Source of the DNA: Waddliaceae bacterium | GTDB lineage: Bacteria > Chlamydiota > Chlamydiia > Chlamydiales > SLOH01 | Assembly (NCBI GenBank): GCA_040880105.1 | Contig: JBBDJA010000010.1 | Span: forward strand, 1-64,000 | Direction of reading: 5' to 3' | DNA length: 64,000 bases | Shown here: positions 1 through 9,718 of the stretch, piece after piece | How positions within the stretch are numbered: position 1 is the first letter of the stretch | Layout: each line of letters opens with the position of its first letter | The notes under the pieces: model-generated | What the model saw: only the letters and a program-made list of their open reading frames with translations | Told to the model about the DNA's origin: nothing | Databases searched by the model: none | Translations under genes and position numbers: made by a program

Positions 1-164
1 CGAGGAACCTTCGAGCGGAAGGCGGTTTGTGTATTTGCCACTTGCGCACTTGCTTTCGAAGTTGCCTGTTCTGCTTGCAACTCTTTCATTGTGTCTTGAG
101 CAATCTCTTTCATTGCATCAAGTGTCTTGCGTCCAAAACCAGGGTGGCCAATCGGTGAGCCCAT
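1..164 (-). CDS. N-terminal part of a gene truncated at the window edge; probably the T3SS gatekeeper CopN/SctW
   Basis: ATG at 164-162 with RBS AAGGGAGAG just upstream; frame MGSPIGHPGFGRKTLDAMKEIAQDTMKELQAEQATSK... is open to the edge. Identity inferred only from the chlamydial order sctU-sctV-copN. Confidence 0.55.
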   Translation of the reverse strand, partial: MGSPIGHPGFGRKTLDAMKEIAQDTMKELQAEQATSKASAQVANTQTAFRSKVP

Positions 165-178
165 AATTTACTCTCCCT

Positions 179-2365
179 TTATGTTAGTTGGATGCGGCCA
201 AGGGGTTGAATGCGAATTTCCGGAACTATTTCCTGGTATGAGACCACAGAAATATCCGGGAACTCCATTTCAATCAATTTACGCATAAATCGACGCACAT
301 CAATATTTGTAAGCATCACAGGTGGTTGTCCTCCGGGGGGAGGGGGTGCAACAGTATTTCGAATGGAAGCCAAGATCATTTGCACTGTGTCAGGATCAAG
401 GGCTAGGTAAGATCCGGCAGACGTTTGCTTAATTGCGCCCCGGACCATATCTTCTATTTCTGAGTCGACGATATATACGGACAAGACCGACTGTCCTTGT
501 GAATATTTGTAACTAATGTACCTCTTGAGAGATGATCTGACGTACTCAGTCAAGAGGACTGTGTCTTTTTCTGTTTGCGCCCATTCACTTAGCGCCTCTA
601 AAATTGTTCTTAAGTCCTTTACCGAGACCTGCTCTTGGATGAGTCGCTTAAATATTTCGGTCATTTTCTGCAAAGGTATCAAGCGTGTCACTTCTTTTAC
701 TAGGTCGGGAAACGATTTTTCGATAAATTCGATCATCGATTTAACTTCCTGGATTCCAACAAATTCATTGGCGTATTGTCGGAAAAAATAGGAGAGATGA
801 AGAATCATCACTTCTAGCGTGCTCCAGTATTTAATTCCCGCGCGATCAAGTAGCTCCCGATGTTTTTCTTCTACCCAAAGCGATGGCATTCCAAGAGCGT
901 TTTTATAGGCAGTGAATGGAAGGTTGTAGCGACGTAAATTTTCTTCACTTTCGTTAGTTAGGACATACCCTTCCAGAACCTTTCCTCGAATAATCGGCAC
1001 TTCGTTCAGGTGAATGGAGTATTCATCAGGGTCGAGGATTGGCGAGTCGGTTCTCACGTGCACACCGGGAAATCGGACCCCTAAATCATTATATAGTGCC
1101 TGCCGCATACGAGGGACCATGATCTCAATAAAGCTTTGCACTCTTGGGTTTCTTTGCGCTTCTTTAATTTTTTGACTTAAACCCGAACCTGTCTCAATAA
1201 TCACCGGTAAAGTCAGGGCGTAACTGTCAACCCCGCCACCTGTGATGACTTGATGACCGGATACACCTGTTGAGACTGCCGAGGATTTTGACTCACGATC
1301 TCTTCCGCGGCCTGTCTCTTCATCTCCCTGCAGTAGGCCTGCTGCAAGTTTTTGTGCTTTTGTAGACCAAAGAGCATATCCGATTAAGCCGAAGGCTGAA
1401 GCGAGAATTAAAAATGGCGCTTTCGGAAATCCGGGTAAAATTGCAATTCCCATCAAGAAGCCGGCCGCAATCATCAACGCTTTGGGTTGACGTAGGATTT
1501 GGGTTGAAATTTCCCGCCCGAGGTTTGTGTCGGTTTCACTTGTCACGCGTGTTGTGACAATACCCGCTGTAATTGAGATCAAAAGAGCCGGGATTTGAGA
1601 GACTAAGCCGTCACCAATAGATAAAAGCGCGTAGGTTTGTATGGCCTGGGCATAATCCATTTGGTTGACGGTGACCCCTATGATCAGTCCGCCGATCACG
1701 TTAATTAACGTAATCACAATCCCTGCGATGGCATCTCCTTTTACGAATTTCATCGCACCGTCCATCGCACCGTATAGCTGACTCTCTTTTTGAATCATCA
1801 ACCGCTTTTCACGCGCTTGATTGGAGTCGATGATCCCGGCGCGCATATCGGCGTCAATACTCATCTGCTTACCCGGCATCGCATCTAGGGTAAAACGCGC
1901 GGCAACTTCTGCAACCCTTTCGGCCCCTTTGGTGATGACGATAAACTGCACAAGGGTAATAATAAGGAAGATAATTCCCCCCACGACAAAGTTTCCACCC
2001 ACAACGAAGTTTCCGAACTGGAAGATAATATCCCCGGCATTTGCGTTAAGCAGAATTTGCCTTGTGGAGGCGATGTTTGTCCCCAAACGATAAAGCGTTG
2101 TAATTAGAAGTAAAGAGGGGAAAATTGTAAGGTCGACTGCGCTTGGAATGTAAAGAGCGACCATGAGTAAACAAACTGAGACGGCGAGGTTAACCGCAAT
2201 GAAATAATCGATTGCAACAGGAGGAACCGGGATGATGATCATCGCTAGGATCATCATAATTAGCATCGCTAAAACCAGATCGCTTGATCGTGAAATATTT
2301 CTAAGCGATCGATCCCCACCAAGTCTTGCTGTTATCCCATCCAGAATGGAACGTATGAGATTCAT
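179..2365 (-). CDS. sctV: Type III secretion export apparatus major subunit SctV (CdsV/LcrD, FHIPEP family)
   Basis: FHIPEP motif KGAERVAEVAARFTLDAMPGKQMSIDAD; YGAMDGAMKFVKGD; N-terminal TM domain plus large cytoplasmic domain. Confidence 0.96.
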   Translation of the reverse strand: MNLIRSILDGITARLGGDRSLRNISRSSDLVLAMLIMMILAMIIIPVPPVAIDYFIAVNLAVSVCLLMVALYIPSAVDLTIFPSLLLITTLYRLGTNIASTRQILLNANAGDIIFQFGNFVVGGNFVVGGIIFLIITLVQFIVITKGAERVAEVAARFTLDAMPGKQMSIDADMRAGIIDSNQAREKRLMIQKESQLYGAMDGAMKFVKGDAIAGIVITLINVIGGLIIGVTVNQMDYAQAIQTYALLSIGDGLVSQIPALLISITAGIVTTRVTSETDTNLGREISTQILRQPKALMIAAGFLMGIAILPGFPKAPFLILASAFGLIGYALWSTKAQKLAAGLLQGDEETGRGRDRESKSSAVSTGVSGHQVITGGGVDSYALTLPVIIETGSGLSQKIKEAQRNPRVQSFIEIMVPRMRQALYNDLGVRFPGVHVRTDSPILDPDEYSIHLNEVPIIRGKVLEGYVLTNESEENLRRYNLPFTAYKNALGMPSLWVEEKHRELLDRAGIKYWSTLEVMILHLSYFFRQYANEFVGIQEVKSMIEFIEKSFPDLVKEVTRLIPLQKMTEIFKRLIQEQVSVKDLRTILEALSEWAQTEKDTVLLTEYVRSSLKRYISYKYSQGQSVLSVYIVDSEIEDMVRGAIKQTSAGSYLALDPDTVQMILASIRNTVAPPPPGGQPPVMLTNIDVRRFMRKLIEMEFPDISVVSYQEIVPEIRIQPLGRIQLT

Positions 2366-2366
2366 G

Positions 2367-3452
2367 CTACTCCTCTTTCATCACTGCTTCTAACATTTCT
2401 TCATCATAACCTGTTTCCATTGAATTAATCCAGAGGAGGATTTCTGCCATCACTTGATATGTGTCTTCCGGCACATACTCATAGACATCTCCTTCTTCCC
2501 ATAGCTTATGAGCAAGTGGGATGTTTCGTACAATAGGTATATCGTGTTCTTTTGCCAGTCTGACTATTTCTTTGGCAAGCATCCCTTCTCCCATTGTTAA
2601 AATATAGGGAGCAACATCCACTTCCCGATCATACGCAACAGCTACCGCTAAGTGAACCGGGTTTGTAACAACTGCCTTTGCTTTTTGAATCCCTCCTGTC
2701 GGGCCTGAAGAGTAGGCGATTTCACGTGCAGTCTGTTTACGTTTTGACTTAATTTGTGGGTCTCCTTCGGTGTTTTTGTACTCCTGCTTGACCTCGAATT
2801 TTTCCATCATCATCTCTTTACCAAAGTTGTACTTTTGATACGCAAAGTCAAGAACTGCAACGAAAATGAAGAAGACACCAACCTTCATGACAACTTCTAA
2901 TAAGAAGTGGTAGAAGATCGCAAGTGAGTCCACCATATCCAAATGCACAGCATGCACTAAAACCGGTAAGCTCTTATAGAGGACACCATAGATTAGGTAT
3001 GCGGCAACTGATATTTTGAAAAGGGATTTGATCAATTCAACAAGTGTTTTGATCTTAAACTTATTTTTTAGATTTTGGACGACATTGAATTTTTTGATGT
3101 CAGGTTTAAATACCTCAACAGAAAAGACCGGTCCAATAGAAAGAAAATTGACTACAACTCCCACAAATGCAACCAGCACAAGGATCGGGATAGCCGTTGA
3201 GAAAATCACAAGTATCGCCTCGCGAAAGATCGTTGGGATGACCAAGTGAAGGTTCGAATGGGGGATTAACGTGTAGACATTAGTGATAAAAGCGCCAATC
3301 CGTTCATAAAACCAGTTCGCCATCATGAGAACAAGTGAAATCGATGTAATAAATGTAAAAGCGGAGGGTAAATCTTGGGATTTAGCCACCTGTCCTTTTT
3401 TTCTTGCATCTCTCAGTTTTTTGGGCGATGCTTTTTCGGTTTTTTCACCCAT
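2367..3452 (-). CDS. sctU: Type III secretion export switch protein SctU (CdsU/YscU/FlhB family)
   Basis: N-terminal EKTEKASPKKLRDARKKGQV, four TM segments, EVKQEYKNTEGDP, autocleavage motif NPVH. Confidence 0.95.
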   Translation of the reverse strand: MGEKTEKASPKKLRDARKKGQVAKSQDLPSAFTFITSISLVLMMANWFYERIGAFITNVYTLIPHSNLHLVIPTIFREAILVIFSTAIPILVLVAFVGVVVNFLSIGPVFSVEVFKPDIKKFNVVQNLKNKFKIKTLVELIKSLFKISVAAYLIYGVLYKSLPVLVHAVHLDMVDSLAIFYHFLLEVVMKVGVFFIFVAVLDFAYQKYNFGKEMMMEKFEVKQEYKNTEGDPQIKSKRKQTAREIAYSSGPTGGIQKAKAVVTNPVHLAVAVAYDREVDVAPYILTMGEGMLAKEIVRLAKEHDIPIVRNIPLAHKLWEEGDVYEYVPEDTYQVMAEILLWINSMETGYDEEMLEAVMKEE

Positions 3453-3507
3453 AAGATGTCCTGTTTTTAATAGAAGGAAGCAAATTTCAACATTACTTCT
3501 TATTATT

Positions 3508-3537
3508 AGTATACTTCACTAAATCACTGTATGTCAA
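3508..3537 (-). promoter_or_regulatory. Candidate sigma66/sigma70 promoter of the sctU-sctV operon
   Basis: Minus strand TTGACA (3537-3532), 18-nt spacer, TATACT (3513-3508); about 55 nt upstream of the sctU start. Confidence 0.6.
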
Positions 3538-3712
3538 GTTATTACTTTATTTTAAAACCTAAGAATTAGGGTCGGTTAAAAGATAGAATAATCCGTTGAA
3601 TGCGTTCTGATGCTGAAATTCGATTAGGAACTTCCTGGAGAATGAGAGAATTGGACGTTTAATCGCGATTAAGTGTAAAATAACAGTCGGAACTAATAAA
3701 AGAGAAATTTTA

Positions 3713-4804
3713 ATGTCAAGTTTATCATGCGGAATTGTCGGTCTCCCGAATGTGGGAAAATCCACCATCTTTAATGCGATTACAGCCAATCAGGCTCCTT
3801 CGTCTAATTACCCATTTTGTACCATTGAGCCGAATGTTGGGACTGTAGAAGTTCCGGATCCAAGACTTGAGACGCTAACGAAAATCTCTGGAAGTCAAAA
3901 AATCATTCACGCTCTTTTAGAGATTTGCGACATTGCCGGACTTGTTGCAGGTGCTTCAAAAGGAGAGGGGCTAGGAAATAAATTTTTAGCGAATATCCGC
4001 CAGACAGATGCTATTTTACATGTCGTTAGATGCTTTGATTCCGAAGATATTACTCATGTTTCAGGGAAAGTCGACCCTGTTTCAGATATTGGGGTTATAG
4101 ATCTTGAGTTGATTTTGTCGGATCTGCAGATGGCAGAAAACAGTCTGGTAAAATTAGAAAAGCAGGTGAAAGGGAATAAACAGCTAGCGCAAGTGTTTGA
4201 AGTGTTGAAGAAAGTAAAAGAGGGATTAAATGAGAATCAAAAAGTCATTAACATGGGGCTTACTGATGATGAGAAAGACCTCTTAACGCCTTACCCTTTT
4301 TTAACAGCAAAGAAAGTAATGTATGTTGCAAATGTAGGGGATTCGGACAATCTTGAGAATAATCGATACTTAGCACAAGTGAAGGCGCATGCGGAAAAGG
4401 AAGGGGCACCCACTTTGACTTTGTCTGCTAAGATGGAAGAAGAAATCGCACAACTTCCAAAAGAAGAGCAGCAGGAGTTTTTGGAGTCAATGGGTTTAAA
4501 CGAATCGGGGTTATCTCGACTCATTCGAAGAGCCTTTGAAATGCTCGGTTTAATTACCTTTCTAACAACAGGCGAGCAGGAAACAAGAGCCTGGCCTATT
4601 AAAAAGGGCTGGACAGCTCCACAAGCAGCCGGAAAAATTCATACCGATATCCAGAAAGGGTTTATTCGTGCAGAGGTCATCAACTATGATGATATCGTAA
4701 AATTTGGAGGTAGAGTGAAAGCAAAAGAAGCCGGGAAAATGCGAGCAGAAGGTAAAGAGTACATCGTAAAAGACGGCGATGTCATTCTGTTTCTACATAA
4801 TTAA
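3713..4804 (+). CDS. ychF: Redox-regulated ATPase YchF (Obg family)
   Basis: GIVGLPNVGKST, NYPFCTIEPN, DIAGLVAGASKGEGLGNKFL, C-terminal TGS domain ending EGKEYIVKDGD. Confidence 0.97.
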   Translation: MSSLSCGIVGLPNVGKSTIFNAITANQAPSSNYPFCTIEPNVGTVEVPDPRLETLTKISGSQKIIHALLEICDIAGLVAGASKGEGLGNKFLANIRQTDAILHVVRCFDSEDITHVSGKVDPVSDIGVIDLELILSDLQMAENSLVKLEKQVKGNKQLAQVFEVLKKVKEGLNENQKVINMGLTDDEKDLLTPYPFLTAKKVMYVANVGDSDNLENNRYLAQVKAHAEKEGAPTLTLSAKMEEEIAQLPKEEQQEFLESMGLNESGLSRLIRRAFEMLGLITFLTTGEQETRAWPIKKGWTAPQAAGKIHTDIQKGFIRAEVINYDDIVKFGGRVKAKEAGKMRAEGKEYIVKDGDVILFLHN

Positions 4805-4863
4805 TTTAATCTTAATAATTGTGTGTGATTATTAGTCTTAATATATCGGAATTTAGAGGTTTT

Positions 4864-6840
4864 ATGACTCGTATTGAGGGTGCAGCAGATTTAACAGGAA
4901 TTGATTATATAGATCCGTTAGATCCTAAAAAAAATCACTTTCTTACTTCCCTTGTCCAAAAGGTTTTAACTTGCGTTCAGAAGATATGGAATTGGATTAA
5001 GAGTCTCTTTTGCGAAAAGCCCATGCCCGAATATATTCAAAATGCAATAGCCAAACGTATAAAATATAATAGACCCGATTATAGAAATGAAGAGACGGAT
5101 TCGGATGATGAGATTAAAGTAGATGAAAATGTGCCTTGTGGACCTCCAGTAGTAGATCCTGAAAAAACAAGGTATATGAGTGCATGCGTTTCGCTGATAG
5201 ATTCTTATGATGAAGCTCTATTGGGTTATCAGTTTAGTAATGCAGAACGTAAACATGAGTCAGATAATGTACTCAGAAAAAATCCGCAATTTATAGAGTC
5301 AAAAAAAGCCTTGATAATGGGTTTTGAAAGGTTATACGATCTTTTGGTTCAAACTAAGGTTCCTGATGTTCTGAGTGAAATTATTAATCCTTTACAGCTG
5401 CGCGCAAGACATGACAGCGGAGAAAAATTCAAAAATCTTGCTGAGGACTCAGAAAGAATTGCAAAATTGTTCTTTCCGAACGATGAAGCAAAGTGGATCG
5501 TTAAGGCTATTATACCACACATTATACCTAAAATACGCTCCATAATATATTCTGGCCCGTTAGAACAGAATATGGATCGTATATTCTTGACTTCTGCTGA
5601 AGCCTTTGCAACTAAATTGCAAGAGCATTTATATATCTCAAATATCGATACGTTTTCCCAAAATGCCATTCAACTTTATCGTTTGGATGAAGAACAGAAA
5701 GTTTTAAATCATTATAAAGAGGATGTTGAAAACTTTGAGTCAAAATTAAAATTCCAGATTTCATCAAATTTTATGAATGGAAAGGAATCTCTAATAGGCT
5801 ATTTAAAAAAAATTATTGATGATTATTTTGAAGGTAAGGGGCTGGTTGTCAGTGAACTGAAGGAAATAGTGAGTGATTTAATTCAGGAGAAATACGACGC
5901 TGGGGCGGAAAGTATAATATCCAATCTCAATATCGGTAGTTTTGCACAAAACTGTACAGAAAATATCAATGAACGAATCAACAGATTAATTGATAGTCAA
6001 AGAGATTTGCATGAAGAAATGGTAAATAAATTAGTGAGTTTGTTTCAAAAGAATGCTCCTAATTACTGGAAAGGTGATCTTGTTGCCAAAAGGAAACTGA
6101 TCTCCGATAACTTGAAAAAGGATTTAGAGATTGATTTTAAAGTTATTCATAAGAAGAAGAGCGAAATTAAACTTCCCAATAATTTTGCAAAATACCGTAA
6201 GGAACATATTAAAGAGGTAAAGCGACAAGAACTAGAAGATACTTTAGCCCTGAAGGAACAGAATAACCAAAATCGCGCGCACCAGCAGATTGCGGAGCTT
6301 GCCATTGATTATTTAAATAACACCGAGTTTGGTAATTGGGGGAGTCGTCTCTTACGTTTTGATACACTAAAAAGTAAGGTTGTAACTGCTCTTGAAGATA
6401 ACATATTGTATTCGACAAAAAAAATGTATCCAGATGGAAGTTTTGCTGTGAAGTCGATTACAGATCTATTTAATCAATTGATTAAAGACAAAGATATTGA
6501 GGATGAGGTAAAAGTAGAAGAATCTGCTGTCAACGCAACAGATGAGCTATCTAATGTGGCAATTGATTACCTAATGAATACCGTTGATGCACCTGTACCT
6601 ACATTCGCATTGCGAAGAGTCTTAGGAACTCCTGAGCAGTTATCACGAGCTTTACGCCAAATTCAGAAAAAATTACTCGGCATTGGAGAAGATGATAAAG
6701 AGGTGCAAAAGAGAGCAATTTCAGCAAATGAAGCTTTATTTGCCAGAATTCAAGATGTGTTCTTAGGAGTTCTTGAAAGAACAGCAAGTTCCAATGATTT
6801 CAGGCCCAGACCATTTGACGCCAATCCAATTCTAAGTTAG
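4864..6840 (+). CDS. Hypothetical helical/coiled-coil protein (~658 aa), candidate secreted effector
   Basis: Long AT-rich ORF; likely start is ATG 4864 after AGAGG (track start 4819); no recognisable domain. Confidence 0.7.
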   Translation: MTRIEGAADLTGIDYIDPLDPKKNHFLTSLVQKVLTCVQKIWNWIKSLFCEKPMPEYIQNAIAKRIKYNRPDYRNEETDSDDEIKVDENVPCGPPVVDPEKTRYMSACVSLIDSYDEALLGYQFSNAERKHESDNVLRKNPQFIESKKALIMGFERLYDLLVQTKVPDVLSEIINPLQLRARHDSGEKFKNLAEDSERIAKLFFPNDEAKWIVKAIIPHIIPKIRSIIYSGPLEQNMDRIFLTSAEAFATKLQEHLYISNIDTFSQNAIQLYRLDEEQKVLNHYKEDVENFESKLKFQISSNFMNGKESLIGYLKKIIDDYFEGKGLVVSELKEIVSDLIQEKYDAGAESIISNLNIGSFAQNCTENINERINRLIDSQRDLHEEMVNKLVSLFQKNAPNYWKGDLVAKRKLISDNLKKDLEIDFKVIHKKKSEIKLPNNFAKYRKEHIKEVKRQELEDTLALKEQNNQNRAHQQIAELAIDYLNNTEFGNWGSRLLRFDTLKSKVVTALEDNILYSTKKMYPDGSFAVKSITDLFNQLIKDKDIEDEVKVEESAVNATDELSNVAIDYLMNTVDAPVPTFALRRVLGTPEQLSRALRQIQKKLLGIGEDDKEVQKRAISANEALFARIQDVFLGVLERTASSNDFRPRPFDANPILS

Positions 6841-6890
6841 TCAGGTGTTTAATTAATCTAAACTTCATAAGCACCTGTGGTTTTAAGATG

Positions 6891-6924
6891 ACGCGTTTTC
6901 AGAGTTCAAAACGCGCTTTTTTTT
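6891..6924 (+). terminator. Rho-independent terminator
   Basis: CGCGTTTT-cagagttc-AAAACGCG stem followed by a T run, downstream of the 4864-6840 ORF. Confidence 0.65.
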
Positions 6925-6979
6925 ACCGCAATTTAGATCGCTTCTCATTAAATCAAAGAATTGCGATTGTTTTAAGTTT

Positions 6980-7142
6980 AGGACCCTCTGAAAAACTCAG
7001 ATTGTACAATTTAGCGCCTTTTTCGAGGGAATTCGATAAAACCGCACTCGATTAACTGTTAAACAGTTAAGTTCGATTGGTTTTTCGAATTTTAGAAAAA
7101 TTCATGCAAAATTAAATTAACCTGAGTTATTCAGAGGGTCCT
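6980..7142 (-). repeat. Dispersed palindromic (MITE-like) element, copy 1
   Basis: Terminal inverted repeat AGGACCCTCTGAA(A/T)AACTCAG, 20/21 match; its reverse complement aligns along its length with 43358-43521. Confidence 0.85.
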
Positions 7143-7179
7143 TTAGTCCAAAGATCCAGATTTTTTTCTGTTGATCCAA

Positions 7180-9657
7180 CTACCCTACAACAAGATTTAA
7201 GACTTTGTTAGGAACAAAGATCACGCGTCTAATCTCTTTTTCATCTAAAAATTTCTGAATCCGCGGATCTTGTTTTGCTACAGACAAAATCTTTTCCTCC
7301 GATTGATCTTTCGGGAATTCAAAACGGCCTCGAACTTTTCCGTTAATTTGCACAACATATGTCACACTCTCTTCCGTTAAGTATTTAGGATCCGCTTTCG
7401 GGAATGGGTGTGTTGTCAGGCATTCTTTAGAGTCTAGGATCTCCCAAATCTCCTCTGCGATATGTGGGGCAAAAGGGTAAAGGGCTTGTGTGCACATTCG
7501 TATTACAGATTTCGGATAAGAGGGGAGTTTTGTAAAGTCGTTCACAAACTCCATCATCTTGGCAATTGCTGTGTTAAATTGCATAGATTCGATGTCTGTT
7601 TTTACACTATGAACAAGTTTATGGCCAAGTTTAAGAGCTTCTTGGCTTTCTTCCGTTGAAACCTTATCTGAGACTGCGATCTCATAAAACCTTTTAAGAA
7701 ATCTACGGCAGCCGGAAACAGCGTCTGTATTCCATAATTTTTCTTTATCAAGCGGTCCCATAAACATTTCATACAGTCTCAAGCTGTCAGCTCCAAACTC
7801 CTCGATTATGTCATCTGGGGTGACGCCGTTGAGTTTGGATTTAGACATTTTTTCAACTTGTGCAGTAAGTTCCTCGCCTGTTTCGGGGTGGAAATACTTT
7901 CCGTCCTTTTTAATCACTGTATCTGCTTGGACATAGTTATTGGATGAATCTTTAAAAGATTTTGCGACAACAAGTCCTTGATTACACATAGAGGAAAAGG
8001 GCTCCTTTGTACTGACGTAGCCGCCATCGTAGAGAACTTTGTGCCAAAATCTTGCGTAAAGAAGGTGTAGGACAGCGTGTTCAACCCCACCGACATACAG
8101 GTCCACGGGCATCCAGTACTTCTCTTTTTCTTTATCCCAAGGAGCATTTTCATTATGAGGATCGCAAAACCGCAGGTAATACCAGCAAGAGCCGGCCCAT
8201 TGGGGCATTGTATTTGTTTCACGAGTCGCACTTTGCCCGGTTTTGGGATCAGTGATTTGAACCCATTCGGTGACTTTAGCAAGAGGACTTTCTCCGGCGC
8301 CGACCGGTTTGTAGTCTGAAACGTCGGGTGGGCATAAGGGAAGTTCGTCAAGAGAGAGAACGCGCTTAGTTCCATCTTCGAGATGCAAAATCGGTACTGG
8401 CTCGCCCCAATACCGTTGGCGGGAGAAAAGCCAATCGCGAAGCTTGTAGTTAATCGTTCTTTCGCCAAAACCCTTTTGATCAAGCCATTTATCAATACTC
8501 TCTTTTGCCTCATCGACTCTCATTCCATTTAGGGAAATCTCGCTGTTTGCACTATTAATGCAAAGTCCATCTTCATTATAGACCGGTATCACTTCTAGCT
8601 TGTACTGATTTGCAAATTCTAAATCACGCTCATCGTCGGATGGGACGGCCATAATAGCGCCGGTTCCATACCCCATCAGCACGTAGTCCGAAATCCAAAT
8701 TGGAATCTTTTTGTTGTTTGCCGGGTTAATCGCGTAGCTTCCTGTGAAGACACCCGATTTGCCCTTCGCAAGATCGGTGCGGTCAAGATCGCTTTTAAGA
8801 GAGGCAGATTTTTGATACTTGCGCACATCCTCACGATGCACCTCTGTTGTTAATGCCTCGACAAATGGATGTTCCGGGGCAATGACCATGAAGGTGACGC
8901 CAAAAAGCGTGTCGGCTCTTGTTGTAAATACAGTTAGCTCTTCTTTTTGATTTTCAACAGGGAAATGGACTTTAACACCCTCGCTCTTCCCAATCCAATT
9001 TCTTTGCAGACGTTTTAAGTAATCCGGCCAGTTAAGATCATCTAGATCTTTGAGAAGTCGCTCAGCGTAGGCTGTAATTTTGAGCATCCACTGCTTCAGT
9101 TGCCGCCTTTCCACAGGGTGTCCGCCTTCTCTTGATTTTCCTCCCTCAACTTCTTCGTTGGCAAGCACTGTTCCAAGAGCCGGGCAGTAGTTCACTGGCA
9201 TATTGGCTTCGTATGCAAGGCCTGTCTCGTAGAGTTTTGTGAAAATCCACTGCGTCCATTTGTAGTACTTAGGGTCGCTTGTAGCAAACTCGCGGTCCCA
9301 ATCGTAGCTGAAACCGACTCTTTTGAGCTGTTTGCGGAAGTTGTCAATATTTTTTTGAGTTGTTTCGGCCGGATGAGTTCCTGTACGTATGGCGTGCTGT
9401 TCTGCCGGCAAGCCAAAACTATCCCAACCCATCGGGTGGAGAACATTAAATCCGCACTGTCTTTTGTATCTTGCCAGAATGTCTGTTGCTGTATACCCGA
9501 CAGCATGGCCTACGTGTAGTCCGGATCCGGAAGTGTAGGGAAACATGTCAAGAATATAGTATTTTGGCTTAGATTGATCCAGTTCTGCCTTGTATGGTTT
9601 TTTTTCGTCCCAAATTTTTTGCCATTTTTTTTCGATCTCTTTATGCTGATATGACAT
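7180..9657 (-). CDS. leuS: Leucine--tRNA ligase
   Basis: MFPYTSGSGLHVGH (HIGH motif), KMSKSK, WLFSRQRYWGEP, CP1 editing-domain motifs. Confidence 0.97.
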   Translation of the reverse strand: MSYQHKEIEKKWQKIWDEKKPYKAELDQSKPKYYILDMFPYTSGSGLHVGHAVGYTATDILARYKRQCGFNVLHPMGWDSFGLPAEQHAIRTGTHPAETTQKNIDNFRKQLKRVGFSYDWDREFATSDPKYYKWTQWIFTKLYETGLAYEANMPVNYCPALGTVLANEEVEGGKSREGGHPVERRQLKQWMLKITAYAERLLKDLDDLNWPDYLKRLQRNWIGKSEGVKVHFPVENQKEELTVFTTRADTLFGVTFMVIAPEHPFVEALTTEVHREDVRKYQKSASLKSDLDRTDLAKGKSGVFTGSYAINPANNKKIPIWISDYVLMGYGTGAIMAVPSDDERDLEFANQYKLEVIPVYNEDGLCINSANSEISLNGMRVDEAKESIDKWLDQKGFGERTINYKLRDWLFSRQRYWGEPVPILHLEDGTKRVLSLDELPLCPPDVSDYKPVGAGESPLAKVTEWVQITDPKTGQSATRETNTMPQWAGSCWYYLRFCDPHNENAPWDKEKEKYWMPVDLYVGGVEHAVLHLLYARFWHKVLYDGGYVSTKEPFSSMCNQGLVVAKSFKDSSNNYVQADTVIKKDGKYFHPETGEELTAQVEKMSKSKLNGVTPDDIIEEFGADSLRLYEMFMGPLDKEKLWNTDAVSGCRRFLKRFYEIAVSDKVSTEESQEALKLGHKLVHSVKTDIESMQFNTAIAKMMEFVNDFTKLPSYPKSVIRMCTQALYPFAPHIAEEIWEILDSKECLTTHPFPKADPKYLTEESVTYVVQINGKVRGRFEFPKDQSEEKILSVAKQDPRIQKFLDEKEIRRVIFVPNKVLNLVVG

Positions 9658-9718
9658 GTTTCCTCTCTTAATTAAGTGAGTATTATGCTAAAATCGATGA
9701 TAAAACGGAAGCTTCTGA

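Noticed and set aside
179..3452. Flagellar flhA/flhB
   Set aside because: Sequence features and the ychF-sctU-sctV context match the chlamydial injectisome locus
6980..7142. Autonomous insertion sequence
   Set aside because: Only 163 bp, no transposase ORF and no unambiguous target-site duplication; reported as a non-autonomous repeat
7914..8513. 199-aa alternative-frame ORF in leuS, and the many antisense ORFs within rnr, rpoB, rpoC, atpA and sctV
   Set aside because: Shadow frames of well-conserved genes with no independent motifs or RBS
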